A stretch of DNA of 53,577 bases from a virus (lineage: Duplodnaviria > Heunggongvirae > Uroviricota > Caudoviricetes), in IMG/VR virus record IMGVR_UViG_2541047877_000006. One strand, written 5' to 3'. Below are positions 17,922 through 26,381 of the stretch, piece after piece. The notes beneath the pieces were generated by a model. The model saw nothing but the letters and a program-made list of their open reading frames with translations. It had not been told where the DNA came from and searched no databases. Position 1 is the stretch's first letter. The number at the start of each line of letters is the position of its first letter. Both the position numbers and the translations under genes were made by a program.

Positions 17922-18643
17922 TGAATCTGGAATCTATTCTTAAATTCCACCTCCCAAAATCACCGCGTTTGTCAGATGAAAGCCGGGGCACGTCCCCAGA
18001 CTCGCTTAATACTACTGATGCACTAACCGCAGCAGGTATGGCGCAATCGCGCGTAGAGCTTGGTTATAGCGCTTTTTTAGGGAAGATGGAACTATCACAA
18101 GCCGAAAAACATAGGGCCGTAGTTTTGCTTACAGAGCGTTTAAGGGCTATGGCGAAAGATTACGAATACGTGATGGAGTTAAACGAGGATCAGCGCAATG
18201 GACTTATTATTCTTGTTGCCGTTTTCGCGTTTCGGGATTATTGCCAGAGTGCGGCGACCGAAAAAGTTTGCCCTAAGTGCGGCGGATATAAATTTACGTT
18301 TGACGACTACGGAGAAAAACACCTTTGCAAAAAATGCAAGGGGCATGGAAAAGTTCGCAATCATTGTAAACGATGCAAAGGGCGCGGCGAGATACCGGAT
18401 AAAGCAGCCAGTGAAGCAGCGGAAATGCCAGTGTTCAAAACGTGCCAGCATTGCGGCGGGCGCGGGTACTCGCGTTTCCCTGTAGATCTTGTCCGGCGTG
18501 CGGTTAATCAGCTTGTATTTCCGGTAAGCCGATCAACATGGTGGAAAAAATACCGGGTTTTCTATGAAGACGCCATTGCTGAATTGTTCAAGGAAGAGGC
18601 GCGGGCTGATAACGAAATTAAACGAGTTACGCGGGGTGAATGA
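17921..18643 (+). CDS. Q-like late antiterminator candidate with DnaJ-type zinc finger
   Basis: 240 aa; four CxxCxGxG repeats (CPKCGG, CKKCKGHG, CKRCKGRG, CQHCGGRG); follows ninG-rusA as Q does in lambdoids. Confidence 0.4.
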   Translation: MNLESILKFHLPKSPRLSDESRGTSPDSLNTTDALTAAGMAQSRVELGYSAFLGKMELSQAEKHRAVVLLTERLRAMAKDYEYVMELNEDQRNGLIILVAVFAFRDYCQSAATEKVCPKCGGYKFTFDDYGEKHLCKKCKGHGKVRNHCKRCKGRGEIPDKAASEAAEMPVFKTCQHCGGRGYSRFPVDLVRRAVNQLVFPVSRSTWWKKYRVFYEDAIAELFKEEARADNEIKRVTRGE

Positions 18644-18846
18644 TGGATAAACTGGAAATAAACGATCAGTTTGCCGTTATCTTGTTCGAAGATAAAACAG
18701 GCGGCGCATGGTGTAAGAAAGTCACTGGTGCTGAAGCACGCTTAATATTGGGTATGGCAAGCGCGTTAAATGATGGCGAATTGCCAGCCGTGCCAATTAA
18801 GCCAGTACATATTTACGGACGGAGTAACGACAATGAAAATACTTAA
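18640..18846 (+). CDS. hypothetical protein (68 aa)
   Basis: ORF; no domain recognised. Confidence 0.4.
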   Translation: MMDKLEINDQFAVILFEDKTGGAWCKKVTGAEARLILGMASALNDGELPAVPIKPVHIYGRSNDNENT

Positions 18847-19180
18847 CATTGGGTGGCTGTATTGCGAAAACTGCGACGACGATGGCATGGTCGTAAAAAC
18901 CGAAAAAGGTTGCGGCCTCATGCTGTATCAAGGTGATAAATTCGTTTGTCCTCGCTGCGGCGGCGGTGGTGAGATAGAAATTGTTAATGATATTGCTACA
19001 GCATATAAGCCATCTCGCATTGCCCTTGATGAAAAAATAAAAATTCATCCTTATTTATTACAGCAAATTATCGATCACGTATCGGCAGCCGCAATCTATA
19101 GCGGTAACAATTATCAGCGAGAAATGAACGTCAAACGTGCGATTGAGCAGTATTTCGAAGGTGACGACAATGAAGCCTAA
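18833..19180 (+). CDS. zinc-ribbon hypothetical protein (115 aa)
   Basis: CENC...CPRCGGGG cysteine pairs; GGAG SD. Confidence 0.4.
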   Translation: MKILNIGWLYCENCDDDGMVVKTEKGCGLMLYQGDKFVCPRCGGGGEIEIVNDIATAYKPSRIALDEKIKIHPYLLQQIIDHVSAAAIYSGNNYQREMNVKRAIEQYFEGDDNEA

Positions 19181-19439
19181 ATTAAAAGAGCATGAATTTA
19201 GGGATCTCATAAACGGAATAACCGATAAAGCTAGGATGTACTCAAATGCGCAACAGTTAAGGGCGGTTATAGTTACGGAATTAATGAAATACATTGAGCC
19301 ATGCGGACCAGGCGACGAAATGACTATGGATAAGGCCATCAAGCGCCGTTCGGCTGATTGGTCGGTTAGTAACACTGGATTAACCGGATACATTGAAGGC
19401 TATAACGACTGTTTACAGGATCATGGCAATGAAAAGTAA
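19170..19439 (+). CDS. hypothetical protein (89 aa)
   Basis: ORF; no domain recognised. Confidence 0.4.
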   Translation: MKPKLKEHEFRDLINGITDKARMYSNAQQLRAVIVTELMKYIEPCGPGDEMTMDKAIKRRSADWSVSNTGLTGYIEGYNDCLQDHGNEK

Positions 19440-19644
19440 CCGCAAGCGCCTTGTAAGGGCATACGATAAAGCATTAAAGGCTTTTGATGATCTGCGACAC
19501 AATAAGCGCCAGCGCCGCAAATGGGCGCGTATGCTTGTTTATGAGTGGCATTATTCTGATGCTTTCATGGAAAGTGCGCCGCTATTAACACAGGAACAAG
19601 CCGACGAAGTAGCTAACGATAACGTTTATTATATGATGTGGTGA
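19423..19644 (+). CDS. hypothetical basic protein (73 aa)
   Basis: ORF; start ambiguous (19423 or 19429). Confidence 0.35.
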   Translation: MAMKSNRKRLVRAYDKALKAFDDLRHNKRQRRKWARMLVYEWHYSDAFMESAPLLTQEQADEVANDNVYYMMW

Positions 19645-19648
19645 TAAT

Positions 19649-20014
19649 ATGCAAATAATCATTGATTATCTTTGCCATGCTGCAAATACGCTTTTTGGTT
19701 TTTATCAACAACCATTCCTCAAAGAATGGGACGAAATGCTTAATGACATCATTGATAAAGAGTTAATAGTTGAGGTTGGCGAGCTAACGATAAAATTTAA
19801 TTACGAAGGCAAAGAATATGATATATGGGTAGGTAACAGATGGTACGCATACGGGCATATTTATTCAATTGGCGGCAAATACATTAAACGTAGCCAGGAG
19901 TTCAGGCCGCGATTCCGCACAATGCGCCGCCTGCGTGACCTGCATATGAATATATTTGAAAATCAGGAAGCGTGTGAACTATTCAAAATCTACGGAGATA
20001 AATCATGGAACTAA
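19649..20014 (+). CDS. hypothetical protein (121 aa)
   Basis: ORF; no domain recognised. Confidence 0.45.
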   Translation: MQIIIDYLCHAANTLFGFYQQPFLKEWDEMLNDIIDKELIVEVGELTIKFNYEGKEYDIWVGNRWYAYGHIYSIGGKYIKRSQEFRPRFRTMRRLRDLHMNIFENQEACELFKIYGDKSWN

Positions 20015-20235
20015 AAATCTGGCAGGGTATCGACGTAGTTGATAATGAATTGTCTATGTTCGCCACTAACGGGAAACGCGTGGTGATCGCTACATGGACG
20101 CGCAACCATGATGATATAGCTTTTCGTCGCAAGGCTGCGGAGTGGCTTTTCTCTGATGAAGGCTACACGATGAATATCTCCCAGCTTGCCAGAATGAAGG
20201 ATGAAAAGCTGGTTGATAGTTACACAACTGCATAG
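20005..20235 (+). CDS. hypothetical protein (76 aa)
   Basis: ORF overlapping upstream stop. Confidence 0.4.
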   Translation: MELKIWQGIDVVDNELSMFATNGKRVVIATWTRNHDDIAFRRKAAEWLFSDEGYTMNISQLARMKDEKLVDSYTTA

Positions 20236-20245
20236 TGGGGCAAAT

Positions 20246-20479
20246 ATGTGTATCTATGAACACAAGCGGGATAAAACCCGCTTTTTTGTTCGTGCTGGCG
20301 TGGCTTACCAGTATCACGACTGCGGATATATCGAGGCGCTTGCTTACGATCTGGACTTCGAACAAGAAAAAGAATGGTTCGATTTCAAAATTTACCGGAA
20401 GCGTAAACCGACGCGCGACGAGCGACACGCTATCCGGGACTTTTTAATCAGCATAGACCGCTGGGAGACAGAGGAATGA
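20246..20479 (+). CDS. hypothetical protein (77 aa)
   Basis: ORF from ATG 20246 with GGGG SD. Confidence 0.4.
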   Translation: MCIYEHKRDKTRFFVRAGVAYQYHDCGYIEALAYDLDFEQEKEWFDFKIYRKRKPTRDERHAIRDFLISIDRWETEE

Positions 20480-20763
20480 GAGCGAAGAAAACAGCAGATC
20501 AGAAAGCGTTAGTTATCACTACAACTGATGTGTCGTTATTCACGAAGGGTGAAGAAATAGATCTTAAATTACTTTTCGGCATGTTTGAGCCACACGAAAA
20601 GCCGTGGTTCGTGCATGAAGACAAACAGGGAAATATGCGCGTAGTAGTGCCGGACAAAAACAGCGACATATTTTTTGCTATTCCAGACCCGTTACATGAC
20701 GGTGAATTGCTGGCGGTATTGTTGATCGCTGATGCTGTTACTTATAAAGGGAAAGAAATATGA
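20476..20763 (+). CDS. hypothetical protein (95 aa)
   Basis: ORF with 4-nt overlap to neighbour. Confidence 0.4.
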   Translation: MRAKKTADQKALVITTTDVSLFTKGEEIDLKLLFGMFEPHEKPWFVHEDKQGNMRVVVPDKNSDIFFAIPDPLHDGELLAVLLIADAVTYKGKEI

Positions 20764-20987
20764 AAGTTAAATTCTTGCACGATCACGGCTACCCATCATT
20801 AAAACGCGTGGTAGGGGAAACGGTAGACGTTGTTCATTCTGATGATGTGACCTGCGTCATTTTGGGTAAAGACCTTATCGCTCACGGTGCTGATGATTAC
20901 TACATTAACCCGGCGTGGTCATATACGTTTAGCCTGGGCGACTTCGTAGGCGATAAGGGGCGCGGCTTGCAAGTAGTCGAGGGTTAA
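20760..20987 (+). CDS. hypothetical protein (75 aa)
   Basis: ORF with 4-nt overlap to neighbour. Confidence 0.4.
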   Translation: MKVKFLHDHGYPSLKRVVGETVDVVHSDDVTCVILGKDLIAHGADDYYINPAWSYTFSLGDFVGDKGRGLQVVEG

Positions 20988-20991
20988 TATC

Positions 20992-21240
20992 ATGGACGTT
21001 TACGAAGATTTATACCTTCAAACAAATACCAGCACTTTTTATTTTTTGAAAAACGGCGTCGTATATCGCAGCGACAACGGGGTGATAATGAAAGAGTGTT
21101 TATTTAAGCGTAAAGACCTACTCGAAGATCTGGTTTTTGCCGGGATATTTCGTAAACGTCCGGCTAACCTGGAAGAAGAAATGTTGATTGAGGTTATTAA
21201 ACATGAAAATCAGGGTAAGTTATTTCCGGGCGAAAGATAA
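20992..21240 (+). CDS. hypothetical protein (82 aa)
   Basis: ORF; no domain recognised. Confidence 0.4.
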   Translation: MDVYEDLYLQTNTSTFYFLKNGVVYRSDNGVIMKECLFKRKDLLEDLVFAGIFRKRPANLEEEMLIEVIKHENQGKLFPGER

Positions 21241-21454
21241 GGCAACAGGAAAGCGGATGGCGATCCTGGTTAATGAAGCTAATTATATGTTTGTGCTTCA
21301 GCCGTGGTGCATAGCTGACTATAACGATGATTATCGCCGTCACGGTGCGCGGGGTGCTGTAGGGATGAAGGGATGGCAACCGCGTGACATGGAAAACTAT
21401 TGTGAATGGAAATTGATAGCAAAATATACGGTCGATTATAAAGGTGTTTTCTAA
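21203..21454 (+). CDS. hypothetical protein (83 aa)
   Basis: ORF from ATG 21203 with GAGG SD. Confidence 0.4.
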   Translation: MKIRVSYFRAKDKATGKRMAILVNEANYMFVLQPWCIADYNDDYRRHGARGAVGMKGWQPRDMENYCEWKLIAKYTVDYKGVF

Positions 21455-21660
21455 TGTACGTCAGATGCACTGAATCAAAATCATCATGCTTTGAGGTTGG
21501 CGGAATATATACCGTAGATCACCTGACTGGTGATGAACTTAACACCCAATACATTAAAGACGACCTCGGCGACGCGTGGCGCTATTGGGATTGCTACGCG
21601 CGTGGACACGTTACCAGTCAGTTTGGTACGGAACCGATCGCGCGTTTTGTTAAGTGGTGA
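21454..21660 (+). CDS. hypothetical protein (68 aa)
   Basis: ORF; start overlaps upstream stop. Confidence 0.4.
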   Translation: MYVRCTESKSSCFEVGGIYTVDHLTGDELNTQYIKDDLGDAWRYWDCYARGHVTSQFGTEPIARFVKW

Positions 21661-21774
21661 GGCGTTGGACAACCATAAATGTGATCTGTATCACAATGTA
21701 TACGAAATGGCATTGTTTCGACAGTGCCATTTTGTTATATATAAGCCACGGAAAGACGGAGGGGAGGCAAGAAG

Positions 21775-21915
21775 ATGAGCGCTAACGCTAAATATCCGGC
21801 ATGGGTTTTTGAGTTATACGCCCGCTACTTTGAATTGCTGGCACAAGGTGAAGAAGCATTAAGCATTGACGAGTACGCGGAGTGCTTAGGGTTTAAAGGA
21901 GACGAAGAAGCATAA
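21775..21915 (+). CDS. small hypothetical protein (46 aa)
   Basis: GGAGGGGAGG SD; followed by GGGGCCggatGGCCCC stem-loop. Confidence 0.3.
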   Translation: MSANAKYPAWVFELYARYFELLAQGEEALSIDEYAECLGFKGDEEA

Positions 21916-21958
21916 AACACGGGGCCGGATGGCCCCATCAAATCAGAAGGGTGTAATC

Positions 21959-22252
21959 ATGAAAAGCGCTAAATTTATTGCTTGCTGTTTTGTTGAAGTT
22001 CCCTATAACGATGCGTTCTATCACGCTACTTTTACCGATAAGAATGGGAATGATCACGTTATTGTCGGCAAGCGTGGTGACTGGCTTTATATAACTGATG
22101 ATGATTGCATTTTCACTAAAAATCAGTTGCAAAAACTGGTTATCGGTAAACAGGAACAGGAAGGCTATCAAATCATCCCGGTGGAAAGACTGAAAAGGGA
22201 GCAGAGAATTAAACGCGCTCAAGAGGAATTAAATAACATAAAGGGTATGTGA
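21959..22252 (+). CDS. hypothetical protein (97 aa)
   Basis: ORF from ATG 21959; no domain recognised. Confidence 0.4.
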   Translation: MKSAKFIACCFVEVPYNDAFYHATFTDKNGNDHVIVGKRGDWLYITDDDCIFTKNQLQKLVIGKQEQEGYQIIPVERLKREQRIKRAQEELNNIKGM

Positions 22253-22253
22253 T

Positions 22254-22508
22254 ATGAAAACAATCAGACTATGGCGCGGCAATAGCCGACTTGATGGTGA
22301 GTACATCCGCGTGATTGAAGATGTTAATCGTGGTCGGTTTTATGAATTGGCATACAGCGAAAAAAGGGAGAAAGAATATCTGAACGAATCGACCCCTATG
22401 TGGCGTAAAGTGGCTGGCCTTGCCTCAATTCTGCGCCACGGGTTTTATGCAGATCATAACACGCTAATTGATGCCGAACTGGTGACAACTCTTTACGAAG
22501 GAGAATAA
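22254..22508 (+). CDS. hypothetical protein (84 aa)
   Basis: ORF; no domain recognised. Confidence 0.4.
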   Translation: MKTIRLWRGNSRLDGEYIRVIEDVNRGRFYELAYSEKREKEYLNESTPMWRKVAGLASILRHGFYADHNTLIDAELVTTLYEGE

Positions 22509-22511
22509 ACA

Positions 22512-22835
22512 ATGAGTAAATTTATCAGCGTTAAGGTTTTCCGTGGCAATTTTCCAGAAGATAAAGAAATTGGACAATTCGCAGGTGAACGTGGCGTATG
22601 TTTCCGTGTAGCTACTGAAGACGATGCGCACGTTAAATGCTTTCACGTATCTGAACCGCCTTTTAATGCAGACCATCTTGAAGACCTGAATAGAATTAAA
22701 AGCCTTATTTTTGCCTATCTGGCGTTCCCTGGCATAGCTGATGCTGATGTTGAATTGGTTGGGGCCGAACTGGTGGCAGAATACAAAATGACTGAAGGCG
22801 AAAACGGAGGGGTGGAAATTGAGCGCATCAAATAA
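22512..22835 (+). CDS. hypothetical protein (107 aa)
   Basis: ORF; no domain recognised. Confidence 0.4.
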   Translation: MSKFISVKVFRGNFPEDKEIGQFAGERGVCFRVATEDDAHVKCFHVSEPPFNADHLEDLNRIKSLIFAYLAFPGIADADVELVGAELVAEYKMTEGENGGVEIERIK

Positions 22836-23070
22836 GCTGTATAAAGTCAGGTGTAAAGGCGAATACCCTGGCTTTACGGTTGGTTGCGAATATCTGGGCC
22901 ACATTGGGTACGGCCCTTTCGGTGAGTTGGGAATGAATACGATTGACGACGACGGCGACAGCAGGACGCTTGATCTTGATAGCGATGATTTCGAATACAT
23001 CCCGCCAGTCACTTACCGCGTCGTCGATGATTTCCTGGCTGAACATGAAGACGAGGATGATGATGATTGA
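22819..23070 (+). CDS. hypothetical acidic protein (83 aa)
   Basis: ORF, probably TTG start with GGAGG SD; C-terminal EHEDEDDDD. Confidence 0.35.
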   Translation: MSASNKLYKVRCKGEYPGFTVGCEYLGHIGYGPFGELGMNTIDDDGDSRTLDLDSDDFEYIPPVTYRVVDDFLAEHEDEDDDD

Positions 23071-23257
23071 ATGCCTTATCGCTGTGATTGTTTTGCTTTA
23101 TATCGCTGGCGCGATCCTGATGTCATGTTTTATTAAGTTTAGCGGCGCTGAACCTGGTGGCCTTGAGATTCCTTTTTGGCCTGTGACTGTGTTTATCGCT
23201 TTCTTCGACGCTACGGCAGAGCAGATCAATCGAGCTATTAAGGAGCGCAAGAAATGA
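23057..23257 (+). CDS. small membrane protein (66 aa)
   Basis: MMMIECLIAVIVLLYIAGAILMSCFIKF...; two hydrophobic segments. Confidence 0.4.
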   Translation: MMMIECLIAVIVLLYIAGAILMSCFIKFSGAEPGGLEIPFWPVTVFIAFFDATAEQINRAIKERKK

Positions 23258-23433
23258 TTGAAGATGGGGTGTACGCAACAGTAGTAGACGGGCTGTTTTA
23301 CCGCGTAGAAGGTGATGATATTCGCATCCGCGTTGGCGGTGGTGAGTGGGTAGCGCCAATCATTAAGACGACGCGAGAAACAATTAAAATATTTCTTGAT
23401 GCTGGTGAACTGGTGAGGGTTAGCGACCTATGA
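23254..23433 (+). CDS. hypothetical protein (59 aa)
   Basis: AAGGAG SD; paralog of next ORF (MIEDGVY vs MNEIEDGIY). Confidence 0.4.
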   Translation: MIEDGVYATVVDGLFYRVEGDDIRIRVGGGEWVAPIIKTTRETIKIFLDAGELVRVSDL

Positions 23434-23606
23434 ACGAGATCGAAGATGGTATCTATTTACATAAGGTATTTAACATCGTCTATTTGGTTAGAGGTGAATC
23501 GGTGATGATAAGACCTGATGATGATCCTTATTGGGAATTAAGCGACATGGATCGGTGGCATATGCAAACATTGCTTGATAATGGCCTGATATATAGAAAG
23601 CCGTAA
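23430..23606 (+). CDS. hypothetical protein (58 aa)
   Basis: ATGA-coupled to previous ORF; paralogous N-terminus. Confidence 0.4.
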   Translation: MNEIEDGIYLHKVFNIVYLVRGESVMIRPDDDPYWELSDMDRWHMQTLLDNGLIYRKP

Positions 23607-23622
23607 AGCCGTATTTGTTGGG
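23602..23622 (+). repeat. direct repeat copy 1 (TAAAGCCGTATTTGT core)
   Basis: About 20-bp near-identical copy at 23852-23872; the two bracket ORF 23629-23856. Confidence 0.5.
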
Positions 23623-23628
23623 GGGAAT

Positions 23629-23856
23629 ATGGAAGAAATGGTTTTACTGTCATCAATATGGCATCGGTTCGGAACTGAAAAAGGATACTCACCTGCTTGC
23701 TGGCTGGATAGTAAAAGCGGAAAGGAGTATCAAAACGAGTGCGAATTTAGAAGGGAGTGGCGAGGTGGTAAGGAAGTGCAAGGATATTTTGCACCAAAAC
23801 ACGTTGCCGCCAAATACAAAGAATGGCTTGTGCGTTTGCTTGGCCCTTATCGTTAA
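23629..23856 (+). CDS. hypothetical protein (75 aa)
   Basis: GGGGGG SD; flanked by direct repeats. Confidence 0.4.
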   Translation: MEEMVLLSSIWHRFGTEKGYSPACWLDSKSGKEYQNECEFRREWRGGKEVQGYFAPKHVAAKYKEWLVRLLGPYR

Positions 23857-23872
23857 AGCCGTATTTGTAGGG
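23852..23872 (+). repeat. direct repeat copy 2 (TAAAGCCGTATTTGT core)
   Basis: Matches 23602-23622; overlaps -35 of candidate late promoter. Confidence 0.5.
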
Positions 23873-23893
23873 CGTAAACAAACAGATTAAAAT
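23865..23893 (+). promoter_or_regulatory. candidate late (pR-prime-like) promoter
   Basis: -35 TTGTAG, 17-nt spacer, -10 TAAAAT; about 30 nt upstream of terminator preceding lysis genes. Confidence 0.35.
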
Positions 23894-23921
23894 ATTCTCT
23901 AACAATGCGAAACTGTAACTA

Positions 23922-23943
23922 CCCGGCCCAGCGCCGGGTTTTT
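23922..23943 (+). terminator. rho-independent terminator (tR-prime-like) upstream of holin
   Basis: CCCGGC ccagc GCCGGG hairpin followed by TTTTT. Confidence 0.65.
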
Positions 23944-23963
23944 GCTTTGTTGGAGGTAAATCT

Positions 23964-24164
23964 ATGTTCGACAAAATACGGGCGGCGTGCGCTTATGTAA
24001 CAGGGACCGTAACCGCTTTTTTTGGTGCGATAACCATTAATGACGTTGCCGTCTTTGTGGGTATCTTATCAACCATTGGCACATTTGCCGTTAACTATTA
24101 CTTCAAATCACAGGAGAACAAGCGAGCGCAAGAGGAACACGACGCACGAATGGGGAATAAGTAA
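23964..24164 (+). CDS. class II holin (pinholin S21-like)
   Basis: 66 aa, two TM segments, charged C-terminus; GGAGG SD; precedes SAR endolysin. Confidence 0.8.
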   Translation: MFDKIRAACAYVTGTVTAFFGAITINDVAVFVGILSTIGTFAVNYYFKSQENKRAQEEHDARMGNK

Positions 24165-24165
24165 C

Positions 24166-24657
24166 ATGATTAGCCAATCGCTAAAGAATAAAATTATTGC
24201 TGCGGCGGCTGGTGGGGCTATCGCTATTGCGGCTGTGATGGTTAAACCATTGGAAGGCGTGGAATATGATCCTTATCGTGATGTTGTCGGTGTATGGACT
24301 GTTTGCCACGGTCACACCGGAAAGGACATCATGCTTGGTAAGACTTACACGCAATTTGAATGCGATGCTTTGTTGAACAAAGATCTACACAAAACCGCAA
24401 AAGCGATTGACCCATATATCAAAGTCGAAATATCAGATTTTACCCGCGCAGCACTTTATTCATTCGCCTATAACGTAGGCGCAACCAACTTCAAAACATC
24501 AACCTTATTAAAGCTACTTAATGACGGCAAGAAATCGGAAGCGTGCGCACAGCTTAAACGCTGGGTATACGCTGGCGGTAAGAAGTGGCAAGGCCTGGTT
24601 AACCGCCGTGATATTGAATATGCCGTTTGCGAATGGGGTGAAACATGGACAAGGTGA
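24166..24657 (+). CDS. SAR endolysin (GH24 lysozyme)
   Basis: N-terminal signal-anchor-release segment [17 protein letters not shown]; catalytic [23 protein letters not shown]. Confidence 0.9.
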   Translation: MISQSLKNKIIAAAAGGAIAIAAVMVKPLEGVEYDPYRDVVGVWTVCHGHTGKDIMLGKTYTQFECDALLNKDLHKTAKAIDPYIKVEISDFTRAALYSFAYNVGATNFKTSTLLKLLNDGKKSEACAQLKRWVYAGGKKWQGLVNRRDIEYAVCEWGETWTR

Positions 24658-25115
24658 AGACGTTAATCATCGCCGTTGTTGTTTGCATTATTGCCGGGCT
24701 TACCGCCGTAACGTGTTATTACCAGGGTGAGGCGGCAAGGTTACAGGAAGAAGTCACGGTGACGAAAGGCGCACTAAAAACAGCAAGTAACACTATCCAG
24801 CAGATGAAGGAGCGAAACGCCGAACTGTCAAAACTTGATAAGAGGTATCACGATGAGATTAAAGCTATCAGATCTGACATTGCCGATCTTCGCGCTGGCA
24901 TTGATAGCGGTGCTATCAGGTTGCACGTCAACGCCGAGCCAGTGTACGTGCACGACGCCACCGGAACCGCCAGCAGCATTAATGGAGCCACCTGTAGACT
25001 TACTGCCAGTGCTCAATCAAATTATCTATCCCTCAGAGAACAACTAAAAGAGAAAGACGCGAAGATCACCGGATTACAGGACTACATCAAAACGCAGTGC
25101 ATACGCAAAGAATAA
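24645..25115 (+). CDS. Rz: i-spanin Rz
   Basis: N-terminal TM, coiled-coil periplasmic domain; embedded Rz1 in +1 frame. Confidence 0.8.
   Translation: MDKVKTLIIAVVVCIIAGLTAVTCYYQGEAARLQEEVTVTKGALKTASNTIQQMKERNAELSKLDKRYHDEIKAIRSDIADLRAGIDSGAIRLHVNAEPVYVHDATGTASSINGATCRLTASAQSNYLSLREQLKEKDAKITGLQDYIKTQCIRKE
24853..25047 (+). CDS. Rz1: o-spanin Rz1 lipoprotein
   Basis: Embedded in Rz; lipobox LSGC; Pro-rich mature part. Confidence 0.7.
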   Translation: MRLKLSDLTLPIFALALIAVLSGCTSTPSQCTCTTPPEPPAALMEPPVDLLPVLNQIIYPSENN

Positions 25116-25383
25116 CAGCGCGCGGACGTGTCGCCGTTTCCGCCAGCCAGCCATAACCGGGCCAATCCTTCCCGCGAGCGACAGCGGAAATTCAAAAACA
25201 CGTAATACCGGATCAACAGTCCCATTAACAGGTCGGGCGCTACCTGGGTAGAAGAAAGCGCCATTCACCAATTTTATAAAATTCTGGAAACGGTACTGAT
25301 GAAGCGCCGTTCTCAGTGTTTTATGTCATTCCTGCCGCTGTATAAACAGGAAGTAAAAGCAAACCAGACAGGAGATTATTCTG

Positions 25384-25956
25384 ATGGCTAAGGCTAAAGG
25401 CATTAAGTTGCCTCAATTCAAAGTCCCGCTCTTTGAGCATACAACCGTTTTCTTTTGCCCGACCCGCGAGATGTTCTATGAATTTTGCGAAAAGGCCGGA
25501 ATACCAATCGAACCTGATTTCGAACTAGCTGGCGGTCTGACGTTAACCTGTACTGGTGAGACCGGCGGTAATTTCTACGTGATCGCAGTATTCAACAATG
25601 AGACTGGAACGCTGGTCCATGAATGCGCTCACACTACATTCCACGTTTTAAGTGATGTAGGCGTCGTGGCGACCACTGATCCTACTCATCCTGCGAATGA
25701 GACTTACGCTTACATGGTTGGACGTATCTTTGACGCATTCTTCCCAATCCTGGCTGAATCAAACGAAGCACAGATCACAGCGATGCAGGCGGCTGAAGTC
25801 GTTGAGCAGGCGTTAGAAAAGGCAGAGCAGGCGACTGATGCAGCAGAACAGGCAGAGGAGCCGAAAGAAGAGAAAAAACCAGCTAAGAAAGGCAAACGTA
25901 AGCCGAAAGCAAAAGAGGCGCTTGTACCGCGCGTTATGAGCTTTAAGAGAGGGTAA
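25384..25956 (+). CDS. hypothetical HExxH-motif protein with Lys-rich tail
   Basis: 190 aa; LVHECAHTTFH possible zinc-binding motif; KKPAKKGKRKPKAK tail. Confidence 0.45.
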   Translation: MAKAKGIKLPQFKVPLFEHTTVFFCPTREMFYEFCEKAGIPIEPDFELAGGLTLTCTGETGGNFYVIAVFNNETGTLVHECAHTTFHVLSDVGVVATTDPTHPANETYAYMVGRIFDAFFPILAESNEAQITAMQAAEVVEQALEKAEQATDAAEQAEEPKEEKKPAKKGKRKPKAKEALVPRVMSFKRG

Positions 25957-25958
25957 TT

Positions 25959-26027
25959 ATGTTTACTTTTCTGTTAGGCGTATTTGTTGGCATAGCTGCC
26001 GCTGTGATCTTGATATACGGACATTGA
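25959..26027 (+). CDS. micropeptide 1 of tandem array (22 aa, single TM)
   Basis: MFTFLLGVFVGIAAAVILIYGH; GAGGG SD 5 nt upstream. Confidence 0.45.
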   Translation: MFTFLLGVFVGIAAAVILIYGH

Positions 26028-26031
26028 TATT

Positions 26032-26136
26032 ATGGATGCTTACATCATCGCCGGATTAATCGGCGTTTCTGTGTTTCTTGTGGGTTCTATTATAGTTGCG
26101 CTGATAAACGTATATATCAAGTATTTGGTGGGGTGA
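26032..26136 (+). CDS. micropeptide 2 of tandem array (34 aa, single TM)
   Basis: MDAYIIAGLIGVSVFLVGSIIVALINVYIKYLVG; starts 5 nt after previous stop. Confidence 0.45.
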   Translation: MDAYIIAGLIGVSVFLVGSIIVALINVYIKYLVG

Positions 26137-26141
26137 AAAAT

Positions 26142-26216
26142 ATGATTGACCCGCTAATTATCCTTTCTGCCTGCGTCGCTGTATGGCTGGCGATCATGAT
26201 ATTCATTGAAAGCTGA
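26142..26216 (+). CDS. micropeptide 3 of tandem array (24 aa, single TM)
   Basis: MIDPLIILSACVAVWLAIMIFIES; GGGGTGA SD. Confidence 0.45.
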   Translation: MIDPLIILSACVAVWLAIMIFIES

Positions 26217-26227
26217 AGGTATCCACA

Positions 26228-26308
26228 ATGAACGCATACGAAATGCTATTGCTGGTGGCTGTTATTACAGTTATTGCCGTAGATGTTTATCGGGAGTTTA
26301 AAAAATGA
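26228..26308 (+). CDS. micropeptide 4 of tandem array (26 aa, single TM)
   Basis: MNAYEMLLLVAVITVIAVDVYREFKK; GAAGG SD. Confidence 0.45.
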   Translation: MNAYEMLLLVAVITVIAVDVYREFKK

Positions 26309-26373
26309 AATGGCTTGATTTCTTTTTCCTGATCGTTGCGATTGTTCTCACTATGACCGCGCTTGCTCAATAG
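26305..26373 (+). CDS. micropeptide 5 of tandem array (22 aa, single TM)
   Basis: MKWLDFFFLIVAIVLTMTALAQ; ATGA overlap with ORF 4; GGGAG SD. Confidence 0.45.
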   Translation: MKWLDFFFLIVAIVLTMTALAQ

Positions 26374-26381
26374 GTGAAAGC

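Noticed and set aside
25074-25271. Two overlapping minus-strand ORFs (60-65 aa) in the gap after the spanin genes
   Set aside because: No SD; Arg/Leu-rich products; the region is more likely non-coding regulatory DNA, which I could not resolve further.
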